This document shows positions 18,126 through 28,962 of a stretch of DNA of 64,000 bases, one piece after another. The position numbers were made by a program, and so were the translations under genes. Each line of letters begins with the position of its first letter. The first letter of the stretch is position 1. The notes beneath the pieces are model-generated. The model saw nothing but the letters and a program-made list of their open reading frames with translations. It did no database searches and was not told where the DNA came from. The stretch is from Vulcanimicrobiota bacterium. Lineage in GTDB: Bacteria; Vulcanimicrobiota; Vulcanimicrobiia; Vulcanimicrobiales; Vulcanimicrobiaceae. Location of the stretch: contig OY970223.1 of the NCBI GenBank assembly GCA_963714015.1, forward strand, positions 992,001-1,056,000, read 5' to 3'.

Positions 18126-20591
18126 TTAAACGACCAGATTGAGCAGCTTGTCGGGGACGAAGATCCGCTTGCGGATCTCTTTGCCGTCGAGCTGAGCTTG
18201 CACGCCGCTTTGCTGGAGCGCGAGCTCGAGCGCGCGATCTTCGGCAATGCCGGGAGGCGTTTGCAGACGCGCCCTAATCTTGCCGTTTACTTGAACGACG
18301 AGCGTGATTTCATCGAGCGAAAGCGCTCGTTCGTCGGGGCTAAGGTACGATTCCGAGTGTACGGATGTCGAGGATCCCATGCGCTGCCAGAGTTCCTCGG
18401 CCATATGCGGGGCAAAGGGTGCGATGACGATGGGGAGCGCGCGAACGGCGTACGCAATCGCCGGTGAGTCCGGCGCCGACTGTTCCAAAACGGTCAGGGC
18501 GTTGACGTACTCGTCCAGTCTTGCAATCGTCGTATTGTAGTGAAAGCGCCGCGACCGCGTTTCGTCGATCGCGGATTTTGCCGCTGCATGCACCGCGCGT
18601 AGAAGGGCTTTTTCCTCCGGCGAGGAGACGTCGGGAAGCACGCGCGCATCAGCGCCGCGCGCGCGATCCAAGAACGGTTCCGAAGCGCGCCACGCGCGGT
18701 TGACGAAGCGAACGCGCCCGTTGATGCCTTCGTCGGTCCAATCCGCGGTGTCCTCGGGCGGCGTCACGTACATCAAGAACAGCCGCATCGCGTCGACGCC
18801 GTTGGTTTCGGCCGTATGGTCGATGCCGACGACGTTTCCGCGCGACTTGCTCATCTTCTCGCCGTTGTACAACAGCATGCCTTGGTGGAAAAGCCGCGTA
18901 AACGGTTCATCATCGCCGCTTACCCATCCGCGATCGTGGAAGAACTTGTAAAAGAACCGCGAGTAGAGCAAGTGCAAAACCGCGTGCTCCGACCCGCCGA
19001 TGTACTGATCGACCGGCATCCAGAGGTCTGCTTTTTCCCGGCTCCACGGCAGCGTTGTATTTTGCGGATCCAAATAGCGCAGATAGTACCACGACGATTC
19101 GAAGAACGTGTCCATCGTGTCGCTTTCGCGCCGTCCGGCCCCACCGCACTTGGGACACGCCGTATTGATGAACGCCGCATCGCGCGCGAGCGGCGACCCC
19201 TCGCCGGTGATCGGCACGTCGGAGGGCAGCAAGACGGGAAGTTGGTCATCCGGCACGGGAACTTCGCCGCACTGCTCGCAGTAGACGATGGGAATCGGCG
19301 TCCCCCAATAGCGCTGCCGCGACACGAGCCAATCGCGAATCTTGTAATTGATCTGCGCTTCGCCGGCGCCGAGTGCAGCGAGCCGATCCGTAATCGCCTT
19401 GCGCGCCCGCGCACTCGACATTCCGGTAAAATCGCCGCTTGCGATGAGACGGCCATCCTCCACGAATGCGCCGTGCAGGGGAACCGACGTGTCGCCGCCG
19501 GGCGGCACGATCACTTGCGCTACCGGAATCCCGTGCTTGCGCGCAAAGTCGAAGTCGCGTTCGTCGTGAGCGGGAACGCCCATGACGGCGCCCGTTCCGT
19601 ATTCGGCCAAAACGTAATTAGTGACCCAAATCGGAATGCGTTCATGCGAGAGCGGGTTGATTGCATGGGCGCCCGTGAAAACGCCCGCTTTTTCCATTAG
19701 GCTCGTGCGCTCGAGTTCGGACTTCGAACGCAGCGTTTCGGCGAATTCATTTACCGCAGACGCATGTTTCTTCGTCACGATCCGAGCCACAGCCGCGTGC
19801 TCGGGAGCGACGGCCAAGTACGTCGCTCCGAACAGCGTATCGGCGCGCGTCGTGAATACGCTGATTCGTTCTTCCGAGTTCTCGACCGCAAACGTCAACT
19901 TCGTGCCTTCGCTGCGCCCGATCCAATTGCGCTGCATCGTCCGGGTTCGGTCGGGCCATCCTTCGAGTTCGTCGAGATCCTCGAGCAAGCGATCGACGTA
20001 AGCGGTAATCTTCAAAAACCATTGCGAAAGATTACGGCGTTCGACGAGCGTGTCGCAACGCCAACATCGGCCGTCGATGACTTGTTCGTTTGCCAGAACC
20101 GTTCGATCGTGCGGACACCAGTTGACCGGCGCTTCACGCTTGTATGCGAGGCCCTGTTCGTACAGGCGCAAGAAGAGCCACTGATTCCAGCGGTAATAAC
20201 CCGGATCGCACGTGGCGATCTCGCGGCTCCAGTCGTAGCTCGTTCCCATGAGCCGGATTTGCCGCTCCATGTTTTCGATGTTTTCACGGGTCCAAACGTT
20301 GGGATCGGCACCACGCTGTATTGCGGCGTTTTCCGCGGGGAGCCCGAAAGCATCCCAGCCCATCGGATGAAGCACGTCGTATCCGAACATGCGCATCATT
20401 CGCGCGACGACGTCGCCAAGGGTGTAGTTCTTGGCGTGGCCGACGTGCAGGTCGCCTGAAGGATACGGCAGCATTTCGAGCACGTAATACTTCGGCTTCT
20501 CACTCGTGCCGGAAGGACGGAAGGCGCCGCTTTCATCCCAGCGCTGCTGCCACTTGCGCTCGATCGCGCGAAAATCGTAGATCTCGGCCAT
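18126..20591 (-). CDS. leuS: Leucine--tRNA ligase
   Basis: MLPYPSGDLHVGH (HIGH), KMSKS, GTGAVMGVPAHD editing domain. Confidence 0.97.
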   Translation of the reverse strand: MAEIYDFRAIERKWQQRWDESGAFRPSGTSEKPKYYVLEMLPYPSGDLHVGHAKNYTLGDVVARMMRMFGYDVLHPMGWDAFGLPAENAAIQRGADPNVWTRENIENMERQIRLMGTSYDWSREIATCDPGYYRWNQWLFLRLYEQGLAYKREAPVNWCPHDRTVLANEQVIDGRCWRCDTLVERRNLSQWFLKITAYVDRLLEDLDELEGWPDRTRTMQRNWIGRSEGTKLTFAVENSEERISVFTTRADTLFGATYLAVAPEHAAVARIVTKKHASAVNEFAETLRSKSELERTSLMEKAGVFTGAHAINPLSHERIPIWVTNYVLAEYGTGAVMGVPAHDERDFDFARKHGIPVAQVIVPPGGDTSVPLHGAFVEDGRLIASGDFTGMSSARARKAITDRLAALGAGEAQINYKIRDWLVSRQRYWGTPIPIVYCEQCGEVPVPDDQLPVLLPSDVPITGEGSPLARDAAFINTACPKCGGAGRRESDTMDTFFESSWYYLRYLDPQNTTLPWSREKADLWMPVDQYIGGSEHAVLHLLYSRFFYKFFHDRGWVSGDDEPFTRLFHQGMLLYNGEKMSKSRGNVVGIDHTAETNGVDAMRLFLMYVTPPEDTADWTDEGINGRVRFVNRAWRASEPFLDRARGADARVLPDVSSPEEKALLRAVHAAAKSAIDETRSRRFHYNTTIARLDEYVNALTVLEQSAPDSPAIAYAVRALPIVIAPFAPHMAEELWQRMGSSTSVHSESYLSPDERALSLDEITLVVQVNGKIRARLQTPPGIAEDRALELALQQSGVQAQLDGKEIRKRIFVPDKLLNLVV

Positions 20592-20663
20592 GGAAGAGGT
20601 GTAATAACGGCACCGCTGCCGCCAACCCTTTCGGCACGGCGTGACTTGCGTGAACGTCGGCTG

Positions 20664-21269
20664 ATGAACCGAGTGCTTCTTTTCGGGGGCATTGCCGCCG
20701 CCGTCGCCGCCGGCTTTGCGATTCGGCCCGCGCCGGCGCCGCCGGCAATCACCCAAATTAGTCAGCCGTCCTCCACTCCTCGCGAAAGAAAACACCTCCG
20801 GCAGGCCGTCGCGGGATCGATCGTCTACGTCGTCGGCGCGGTCGCCCGTCCCGGGCTGTACCGCCTGCGCCCGCAGGCAAGGCTCGACGAGGCCGTGCGC
20901 CTTGCCGGCGGCTTTACGCGCGATGCCGATCCGGCATCGGTGAATTTGGCGGAGTACGCCTCGGACGGCGAGGAGGTACAAGTCTTGCGCGCCGGTCAGG
21001 CACCGGTAAAGGCTGCGCGGCGCAAGAGTCTGCGGGGCCGCAGAACCAAACGCCGCAAAGCGTCTGCCCCTGCCGTGCAAATCGACCTCAATACCGCGGA
21101 TGCGGATACGCTCGCCACTCTGCCCGGAGTAGGCGCCTTGCTCGCGCAGCGTATCGTCGACTACCGGACTGTAAACGGATCCTTTGCATCAGTCGACGAG
21201 CTCGCAGACGTGGGCGGAGTAACGCAACGACTGGTCGACGAACTTGCAGCGTACGTAACTGTAAGGTAG
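20664..21269 (+). CDS. comEA: ComEA DNA-binding protein (SLBB + helix-hairpin-helix)
   Basis: VVGAVARPGLY; IDLNTA...LPGVG..LAQRIVDYR. Confidence 0.9.
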   Translation: MNRVLLFGGIAAAVAAGFAIRPAPAPPAITQISQPSSTPRERKHLRQAVAGSIVYVVGAVARPGLYRLRPQARLDEAVRLAGGFTRDADPASVNLAEYASDGEEVQVLRAGQAPVKAARRKSLRGRRTKRRKASAPAVQIDLNTADADTLATLPGVGALLAQRIVDYRTVNGSFASVDELADVGGVTQRLVDELAAYVTVR

Positions 21270-21305
21270 CAAAGGCCGGACGCCCTTCGGAGCGAACGAG
21301 AATGC

Positions 21306-23099
21306 ATGGAGCAACCGCCCGGGCGAGAGACTCTACCCGCGCTGATACGTCGATCTCTTGCCGAGCCGCGCGAGGCACTAGTTGAACGCTCGAACCGGGG
21401 ATGGAAGGCTACGACGAGCGCGCAGCTTCTGGATCGTGCCGAAAACATCGCGTGCGCCGTTCGCGATCGAGGTCTGCAAGCCGGCGACCGCGTTGCACTA
21501 ATCGCAGCCGACTGCGTCGACTGGGTCGCAGCCGATTTTGGAATTCTTTTTGCGGGCTGTGTGGTCGTGCCGATCTTTCCCACGCAGGCATTGGACCAAG
21601 TCGCGTTCATTCTCGAGAATTCGGAAGCCAAACTCATTTTCGCCGACGCGAATGCCGTCGCGCGGCTGCGGCAGTTGGATGTAAGCGTTTCGGCGCCGGC
21701 CATCGTATTCGGCGCGTCCGGCGCCGAGTCGCTTGCAGCGTTCGAAGAACACGGCTCCGAGATCCGGCAGAGCGCCGCGGAATTGCCCGAAGTCTATCAT
21801 CGCGACATCGATCCCGACAGCTTGGCGGTCTTGATCTATACGTCCGGCACGACCGGCGAACCGAAGGGCGTCATGCTCTCTCATTACAATTTGGTCTTTA
21901 CCGCGCAGTCTACGTTCAGCCACGCGCTCGAGGTCATCACTCCGGGAAGCGACGTGCTCTCGGTGCTGCCTTTTTCGCATATCTACGAGCATTGCATCAT
22001 TTACGGATTCATGATCGCGCGTGCGCGCCATAACGTCTGCCACGACGTCAACGACCTGCTGAACGATCTTCTCGAGGTCCGTCCGGTGGCGATGACCGCG
22101 GTGCCGCGCATCTTCGAGCGCATGATTGCCGGCATCATCGCCAAGGCCAAGCATCACGGCGGCCTGCAGGCCAAAGCCGTTCCGTGGGCCCTCGACGTCG
22201 GACGCGCGTACATGACCGCCAAGACGCGCGGAACGGATCCCGGCGCGGGACTCTCGCTTCAGTACCGGATCGCGCATGCGCTCGTGTTGAAAAAGCTCCG
22301 GCCGCTGCTCGGACTGGATCGCAACCGCTTTCTCGTGAGCGGTTCGGCACCGCTGCACTTCGACACCGCGATGACGATGCTCGGCGCAGACATCGAGATC
22401 GTCGAGGGCTACGGCCCGACGGAATGCTCGCCGGTCATCACCGCAAACACGTACTACGACAATCACTACGGAACCGTCGGCCGGCCGATTCCCGGCGTGG
22501 AGATTAAGATCGCCGAAGACGGCGAGATTTTGGCGCGCGGCCCCAACGTGATGCTCGGCTACTACAAGAACCCTCAGGCGACCGCGGAGGTCGTCACCGA
22601 CGGGTGGTATCACACGGGCGACATCGGCGCTATCGATCCTCAAGGCTTTTTGCGCATCACGGATCGCAAGAAGGAGCTCTTCAAGACGTCGGGCGGCAAG
22701 TTCGTTGCGCCTTCCCGCGTCGAAGCGGCGATAAAACGATCGGTTTACGTCAACCAAGTCATGCTCGTCGGCGACGCTCGTCCGCATCCGATTGCGCTGA
22801 TTTCACCCAATTGGGATCTGGTTCGGACGGAACTGAACATTCAGGCCGGCGTATCCGTCGAAGATTTGGCAAAGCGGCCCGCCGTCGTAGAGTTTTTGAG
22901 AAACCAGGTGCGCGAGAACACGTCGGACCTTGCGAAATTCGAACAGGTTCGAATGGTTGGCATCCTCCCCCGCGAGCTTACGGTCGAGGACGGCGATCTC
23001 TCGCCGACGCTCAAAGTTAAGCGCCGCGTCGTCGAAGCGAAATATCAAGGGTTGATCGATCGTGTCTACGCGCAAATGACTGCGCCTTCACCGGCATGA
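21306..23099 (+). CDS. Long-chain fatty acid--CoA ligase
   Basis: YTSGTTGEPKG, EGYG.TE, WYHTGDIG, ITDRKK. Confidence 0.93.
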   Translation: MEQPPGRETLPALIRRSLAEPREALVERSNRGWKATTSAQLLDRAENIACAVRDRGLQAGDRVALIAADCVDWVAADFGILFAGCVVVPIFPTQALDQVAFILENSEAKLIFADANAVARLRQLDVSVSAPAIVFGASGAESLAAFEEHGSEIRQSAAELPEVYHRDIDPDSLAVLIYTSGTTGEPKGVMLSHYNLVFTAQSTFSHALEVITPGSDVLSVLPFSHIYEHCIIYGFMIARARHNVCHDVNDLLNDLLEVRPVAMTAVPRIFERMIAGIIAKAKHHGGLQAKAVPWALDVGRAYMTAKTRGTDPGAGLSLQYRIAHALVLKKLRPLLGLDRNRFLVSGSAPLHFDTAMTMLGADIEIVEGYGPTECSPVITANTYYDNHYGTVGRPIPGVEIKIAEDGEILARGPNVMLGYYKNPQATAEVVTDGWYHTGDIGAIDPQGFLRITDRKKELFKTSGGKFVAPSRVEAAIKRSVYVNQVMLVGDARPHPIALISPNWDLVRTELNIQAGVSVEDLAKRPAVVEFLRNQVRENTSDLAKFEQVRMVGILPRELTVEDGDLSPTLKVKRRVVEAKYQGLIDRVYAQMTAPSPA

Positions 23100-23112
23100 T
23101 GAGAATTCAAGA

Positions 23113-23493
23113 GTGAGTTTCATTCAAGCGCCGCCTCGCGTCGACGACGTTCTGAAGGGACCGATCAAAAGCAAGACGGTCTTCCCCGTGCTCATTCTGC
23201 ATTTGGTAAAAAAGCAGCCCGACCACGGATACGGGTTGATGCAGCGGATCGATGCACTCTGCGGAGGTCTCATTGCAGTCAATACCAACAAGATTTATCC
23301 GCTGCTGCGCCGGCTCGAGGAACGTGGCTTTCTAAGCGCATCTTGGGAGCATCCGACGAAACGTTCGCGCCGGATCTACCATATTACTCCAGAAGGCGAG
23401 GCGCGCTTGGATCGGATAAAGGGCGCAATGGTTCCATACCTGGACGCCATCATGGAAGCCGTCGACGATTTGCGACGCGAACTCTATCGGTAA
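23113..23493 (+). CDS. PadR family transcriptional regulator
   Basis: HGYGL, IYPLLRRLE..G, RRIYHITPEG. Confidence 0.9.
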   Translation: MSFIQAPPRVDDVLKGPIKSKTVFPVLILHLVKKQPDHGYGLMQRIDALCGGLIAVNTNKIYPLLRRLEERGFLSASWEHPTKRSRRIYHITPEGEARLDRIKGAMVPYLDAIMEAVDDLRRELYR

Positions 23494-23501
23494 GAGGATC
23501 G

Positions 23502-23774
23502 ATGTTTCTGAGCATCGTGCATCTGCGCGAATTGCGGTGCGCGCTCTGCGGAGACTTGCTCGCGCAGGCTGGGGCGCGTTCGTTCGTCGTCGATCGCGCG
23601 GGCAATCCGGTACCCTTTGAAGAACGCAGCGTTCCGCAACGGATGCGGCTGGACATCGTCTGCGCGAACGGACACGTGAACGGAATCGAAGTGCCGGACG
23701 ATGCGTCGGCCGAGGAAGTGCTTTCAACGCCGGACGAGGCGCCGGTCGGAAAGGATGCGGTGCTGCCCGAATGA
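23502..23774 (+). CDS. Hypothetical zinc-ribbon-like protein
   Basis: CALC and CANGH; GAGG RBS; coupled to the next gene. Confidence 0.65.
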   Translation: MFLSIVHLRELRCALCGDLLAQAGARSFVVDRAGNPVPFEERSVPQRMRLDIVCANGHVNGIEVPDDASAEEVLSTPDEAPVGKDAVLPE

Positions 23775-25768
23775 TTGCCGCCTTGGCGATGATGCTCGCA
23801 CTCGAAGACCCTATTCGCGGATTTACTCCGGCGCAATTACCCAGCGAACGCGTGTACGAACGGACGATGAATTCGTCGCCGAGCGAAACGCAAGCGTACC
23901 GTGACGAAATCGGCATGGCGTCGTACGTCCATCGCATGGGATTGCCCGGCGATCGGCGTTCGGCGACGTACTTTCGCGACGAGCTGGCCGAGGCCGGCTG
24001 GGACGCAAAGCTCGTCGAGTACGACGTTCCCATTGCTTATCCGGTGATCGAAACGCTTACCATTGCCGGACCCCGCCGGCGCGAAATCGACCTTTACGAG
24101 CCTGAAATCCGGGGCGATCCTTATTCACGCGATCGCGCGGCGATCGGAAAACCTTACTCCGGCTACAGCGTCGACGGTGACGTAACCGGTCCGGTCATCT
24201 ACGCGAATCACGCGCTCCCCGAAGACTTCGTGAAGCTCCAAAGCATGGGCATCGACGTTCGCGGCGCAATTATCGTCGCGCGTATCGGCGGCGGCGGTTC
24301 CCTGACGGGCAAAGCGTTCGAAGCGGCAAAACACGGCGCGAAAGCGGTGCTGCTCTTTTCGGATCCCATGGACAGCGGATACTTTCGCGGTGACGTCTAT
24401 CCGGACGGTCCTTATCGCCCGCTCGGCGCCGCTTTGCGCAACACGCTGACGTTTACCAACGATCCCGGCGATCCGACGGCAATCGGCATTCCCGTTCCGG
24501 GCGCTCCGCACAAACCGTTTTCCGCGATCAAACTGCCGCCGATTCCGGAGACACCGATAACGCCCCAGGTTGCGCGCACGCTTTTGCAGCTAATCGGTGG
24601 TCCGGCGGTGCCGCCCGACTGGCATCCCGGATTCGGCTTTGCGGTTCATACCGGAGGCGCGCTTCGGGCGCATTTCATCATCAAATCGAAGCGCTTCTAT
24701 GGACCGATTTGGGATGTCATCGGAACGATGCCGGGTGTGAATCCGGATCAAATGGTCGTCGTCGGCGGTCACCGCGACGCGTGGACGTACGGCGCCGTCG
24801 ACCCAATCAGCGGCTCCGTCGACATGTTGCAGCTCGCCCGCGCGTTCGGCAAAATGAAAGCCGCGGGTTGGAGGCCGCAGCGTACCATCATCATCGGTTC
24901 CTGGGATGGCGAAGAACTCAACCTGTTCGGCAGCGACGAATGGGTCGAGCAGCACGCCGCCGAGTTGCAAAGCGGCTGCGTCGCATACGTTAACACCGAC
25001 GAAGTCGCGTTCGGCCCGCAATTCAATGCATATGCCACGCCCGACCTATGGGGTATGCTGCAGGATGCTGCAAGCGCCGCAGTCGCGCCGGACGGCAGTA
25101 ATCTGGCTGCCTATTGGAAGGCACAGGACCAGCGGATGAAAGTCGATCTCATCGGCGGCGGCAGCGATCACGAACCGTTCGTTTTTCACGAAGGTTTGCC
25201 GGCCGCTGGAGCAGGATTCGGCGGGCCTTTCGGCACTTATCATTCCGCCTATGACGATCCGGCTTCGCTGCGTATCTACGACCCCGGAATGCACCGGGCT
25301 GCTGCCGCTGCGCGTTACACGGGCCTCGTCGTGATGCGTCTCGCAGGTGCGATCTATCCCGACGTTCGTCTCTCGACTCTGGCATCCGAATTACTCAAGC
25401 GCATAGATGCATTCGCCGAAGGAACCAGCGACGCGGATCGCCGCTCGCATGCGGTCTCCGTGTTGCGGCCGGACGCGCTCCAATTTCAGGGTCTTGCGAA
25501 CGCCTTGGATGCGGCAGCGGATGCCGCCGTTGCTCGGGCCGACGCGGCGGGCGCGCAGCGCACGTACGCCCGGCTTCGCCAAACGGAGAACGCATTTTTC
25601 AACCGCGATACGACCGATTGGCAACGCAGTCTCTTGTACAGTGTGTCGGGATACGCATCGTCGATACTTCCCTCGCTCGATGCGACGCTCGACCCGCATC
25701 AGGGGGACGGCGTGCTGCGCCGGCTGGATGCAGCCTTCAAACATGCCGCCGCTGCGGCGACTCAGTAA
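23771..25768 (+). CDS. M28 family peptidase (glutamate carboxypeptidase II-like, PA domain)
   Basis: GHRDAW, GAVDP, WDGEE, GSDH, YHS. Confidence 0.92.
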   Translation: MIAALAMMLALEDPIRGFTPAQLPSERVYERTMNSSPSETQAYRDEIGMASYVHRMGLPGDRRSATYFRDELAEAGWDAKLVEYDVPIAYPVIETLTIAGPRRREIDLYEPEIRGDPYSRDRAAIGKPYSGYSVDGDVTGPVIYANHALPEDFVKLQSMGIDVRGAIIVARIGGGGSLTGKAFEAAKHGAKAVLLFSDPMDSGYFRGDVYPDGPYRPLGAALRNTLTFTNDPGDPTAIGIPVPGAPHKPFSAIKLPPIPETPITPQVARTLLQLIGGPAVPPDWHPGFGFAVHTGGALRAHFIIKSKRFYGPIWDVIGTMPGVNPDQMVVVGGHRDAWTYGAVDPISGSVDMLQLARAFGKMKAAGWRPQRTIIIGSWDGEELNLFGSDEWVEQHAAELQSGCVAYVNTDEVAFGPQFNAYATPDLWGMLQDAASAAVAPDGSNLAAYWKAQDQRMKVDLIGGGSDHEPFVFHEGLPAAGAGFGGPFGTYHSAYDDPASLRIYDPGMHRAAAAARYTGLVVMRLAGAIYPDVRLSTLASELLKRIDAFAEGTSDADRRSHAVSVLRPDALQFQGLANALDAAADAAVARADAAGAQRTYARLRQTENAFFNRDTTDWQRSLLYSVSGYASSILPSLDATLDPHQGDGVLRRLDAAFKHAAAAATQ

Positions 25769-25785
25769 GAACGGAACGAACGAGC

Positions 25786-27329
25786 ATGAAACGATCACAC
25801 GGAGTCTCTTCTGATCCCGCTGCTCGCGGCGCTGATTCCATTATGTGCGGGCGCTGCGCCGTCGCCGCGACCGTCGCCGTCGCCGTCTCCTCCGGTCGTG
25901 GACGGAGAAACGTCCGACTCCGTCACGCAGCACACCGTCACGATCGGCGGCAAAGCGATCGCGTATGCCGCTCGTGCCGGAACGATCACGCTGCGCACTG
26001 AAAACGACGAACCAACGGCGCGCGTGTTCTATACGGCTTACACCGTCGAAGATGAGCCCGGGCGCCCGGTGACGTTCCTCTATAACGGTGGACCGGGAAG
26101 CTCCACGATGTGGCTGCGCATGGGGTCGGTCGGCCCCGTGCGCGTACAGGCCGGCGACGGAAAACCGTCCGGGCCGCCGCCGTACCGTATCGGGGACAAC
26201 CCGTACAGCATCCTCGACAAAACCGACCTCGTGTTCATCGACATGCCCGACAGCGGTTTCGGGCGCATCGTCGGTGCAGGCAATCCGAAGATGTTCTTCG
26301 GCGTAGACCAGGACGTCGCCGCATTCGGCCAGTTCATCGAACGCTATATCACCACGTTCCATCGCTGGAATTCGCCCAAATTCATCTTCGGCGAGAGTTA
26401 TGGAACGACGCGCTCCGCAGCGCTCGTCGACTACTTGCAGAATCACGGCATTCCGCTCAACGGCGTCGTGCTGCAGTCCTCGATCCTCAATTACGGACTC
26501 GATTTCTCCAACGGCGATCCGATCGCCGCCGGCGACTGGCCGTACGTGCTGTATCTTCCGACCGAAGCGGCGACGGCGTGGTATCACGGAAAGATTCGCA
26601 ACAAGCCGGCGGACTTAGCGGAGTTCGTCGCGCAGGTCGAACAGTTTGCGCTGGGCGACTACCTAAACGCCTTGTATCAGGGTGGCCGCTTGAGTTCTGC
26701 GCAGCGCAATCGAGTGGCGAATCAGCCTGAGCCAATATCTCGGCGTGCCGCTCAGTTACGTGCTGACCTCGAACTTGCGCGTCCCGTACTCGCGCTTTCA
26801 GCAAGAGCTCCTGCGACCCGAAGGGTTGGTCGTCGGCCGGCTCGACTCACGATACACGACGTATTCGCTGGACCGCGCAACGGTGGAAGGGCCGCCGTGG
26901 GATCCCACCGATTCGTCAATCGACGGCCCGTATACGACGGCGGTCAACGCGTATCTGCGCGATGACCTCAAGTACGATACTCCGCTCGAGTACCGGCCGA
27001 GCATCTATGACATCATTTACCGGAACGGCGGCGCATGGGACTTCACCCATAACGGCAGGCCCGGGCCCAACGTTGCCCCCGACCTTGCCGAGGCGATGAC
27101 GCAGAATCCGGGACTGAAGGTCTTCTCCGCAAACGGTTACTACGATTTCGCGACGCCGTTCTTCGCCACGCAGTACACGCTGCGCCATCTCAACATTGCA
27201 CCGGCTTTGCAATCGAACATCACGTTCGGGTTCTATCAGGCGGGACACATGATCTACTTGAGCAACGCTGCGCTCGCGCAATATCAGCAAGATTTGGAGC
27301 GCTGGTACGACAGCGCGCTCGGACGCTAG
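25786..27329 (+). CDS. Secreted S10 serine carboxypeptidase (apparent extra bases near 25800 and 26726)
   Basis: NGGPGSS, GESYG, AGHMIY; signal peptide recovered by removing one base. Confidence 0.88.
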
Positions 27330-27354
27330 TTCCGTGAATCAAGGAGTTCAATGC

Positions 27355-28879
27355 ATGGCTCTTCGCAAGATCCTTTCGCTAGCGGCGGCCGTCGCGCTCG
27401 TAGCTGCGTCACCTTCTCCGGCCCCAACCAAGGCGCCGTATGTCGCACCTCCACCGCCTGATGCGGTAACGCAGCACAGCATCGTGCTGCATGGGAGTCG
27501 CGTCGATTACACGGCCCGCGCCGGTAACATCGTGCTGCGCAATGATAAAGATCAAATAACCGCCCACATGTTCTACGTCGCGTATACCAAGAATGGGGCG
27601 GATCCGAGCCGGAGACCCGTGACGTTTTTCTACAATGGCGGACCCGGAAGTTCGACCGTGTGGCTGCACATGGGCTCGTTCTCGCCGATGCGCGTGCAAG
27701 TCCTCAACGGTAAACCGAATCCTCCGGCGCCGTATAAGTTCGCGCCTAATCCGCACACGCTGCTCGACAAGAGCGATCTCGTTTTCGTCGACGCGCCCAA
27801 CACCGGCTTTAGCCGTGTCGTCGGCGCGGGCGACCCGAAGGATTTCATGGGCGTCGATCAGGACGGCCGCGCGTTCACGCAGTTCATCGAGCGTTACATC
27901 AGTCAATTCAACCGATGGAACTCGCCCAAGTTTCTTTTCGGCGAGAGCTACGGAACGACGCGCGATTGCGTGCTCGTCAACATGCTCGAAGACGCAGGCG
28001 TGCAGTTCAACGGCGTCGTGCTGCTTTCGTCGGTGCTGAACTTCGGTTTGCTCAATCTCGGCGGCGGTTCACCGATTGCCGAAGGCGATTGGTCCTACGT
28101 CTTTTGGCTGCCGTCCGAAGCTGCGGCCGCATGGTATCACGGGAAGGTTGCCCATGGCGGGCAAACGCTTGCGCAATATTGTGGCCGGCGTTGAAGATTT
28201 TGCCGGCGGAGAGTATTTACAGGACCTGGCGCAAGGCGCGAATCTCGATCCGTCGGAGCGATCGAACGTCGTGAGCAAGCTTCACCGGTACCTTGGCATT
28301 CCCGAGTCGTACATCAGAAACTCGAATCTGCGGATCTCCTATCCCCGCTTCGAGAACGAACTGCTGCGCGGCGAAGATACGGTGATCGGCCGCTATGATT
28401 CGCGCTATGCCACGTACAGCATCGACAGGCCGGAAGACGAGCCCGACTGGGATCCCTCGGACGTTGGAATCTCCGGTGCCTTCGTGGCGAGTTTCAACGG
28501 CTACATTCGCGATACGCTGCATTATCGCACGAACATGATGTATCGGCCGACGGCGTACGGCGGCGAGCTTGGCGCACGTTGGGACATGCACCACAACGGT
28601 CAGGATCCGCCGGCAAACGTAGCGCCCGATCTCGCGCAAGCGATGTCGGAGAACCCGCATCTGCACGTCTTTTCCGGAAACGGCTATTTCGACTTTGCTA
28701 CGCCGTTCTTCGGGACGGTTTACGCGCTCGAGCATCTCAATATCGCGCCCGAACTGCAGAAAAACATTACATTCGGCTTCTATCAGTCGGGGCACATGGT
28801 CTACTTGAATCCGGCGGCGCTGGTCGTGTTCAAGGCCGACTTGGATCGCTGGTACGACTCTGCGCTATCGGGCCGCTAG
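27355..28879 (+). CDS. Secreted S10 serine carboxypeptidase paralog (apparent extra base near 28179)
   Basis: NGGPGSS, GESYG, SGHMVY; same layout as the upstream paralog. Confidence 0.88.
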
Positions 28880-28962
28880 CAGAACATTCCGCCGTTCATA
28901 CGACGTCGTTGAAGACGCAGGAAACGCTGGACCGCGCTACGTTATGGTGAATTCGGCGAGCG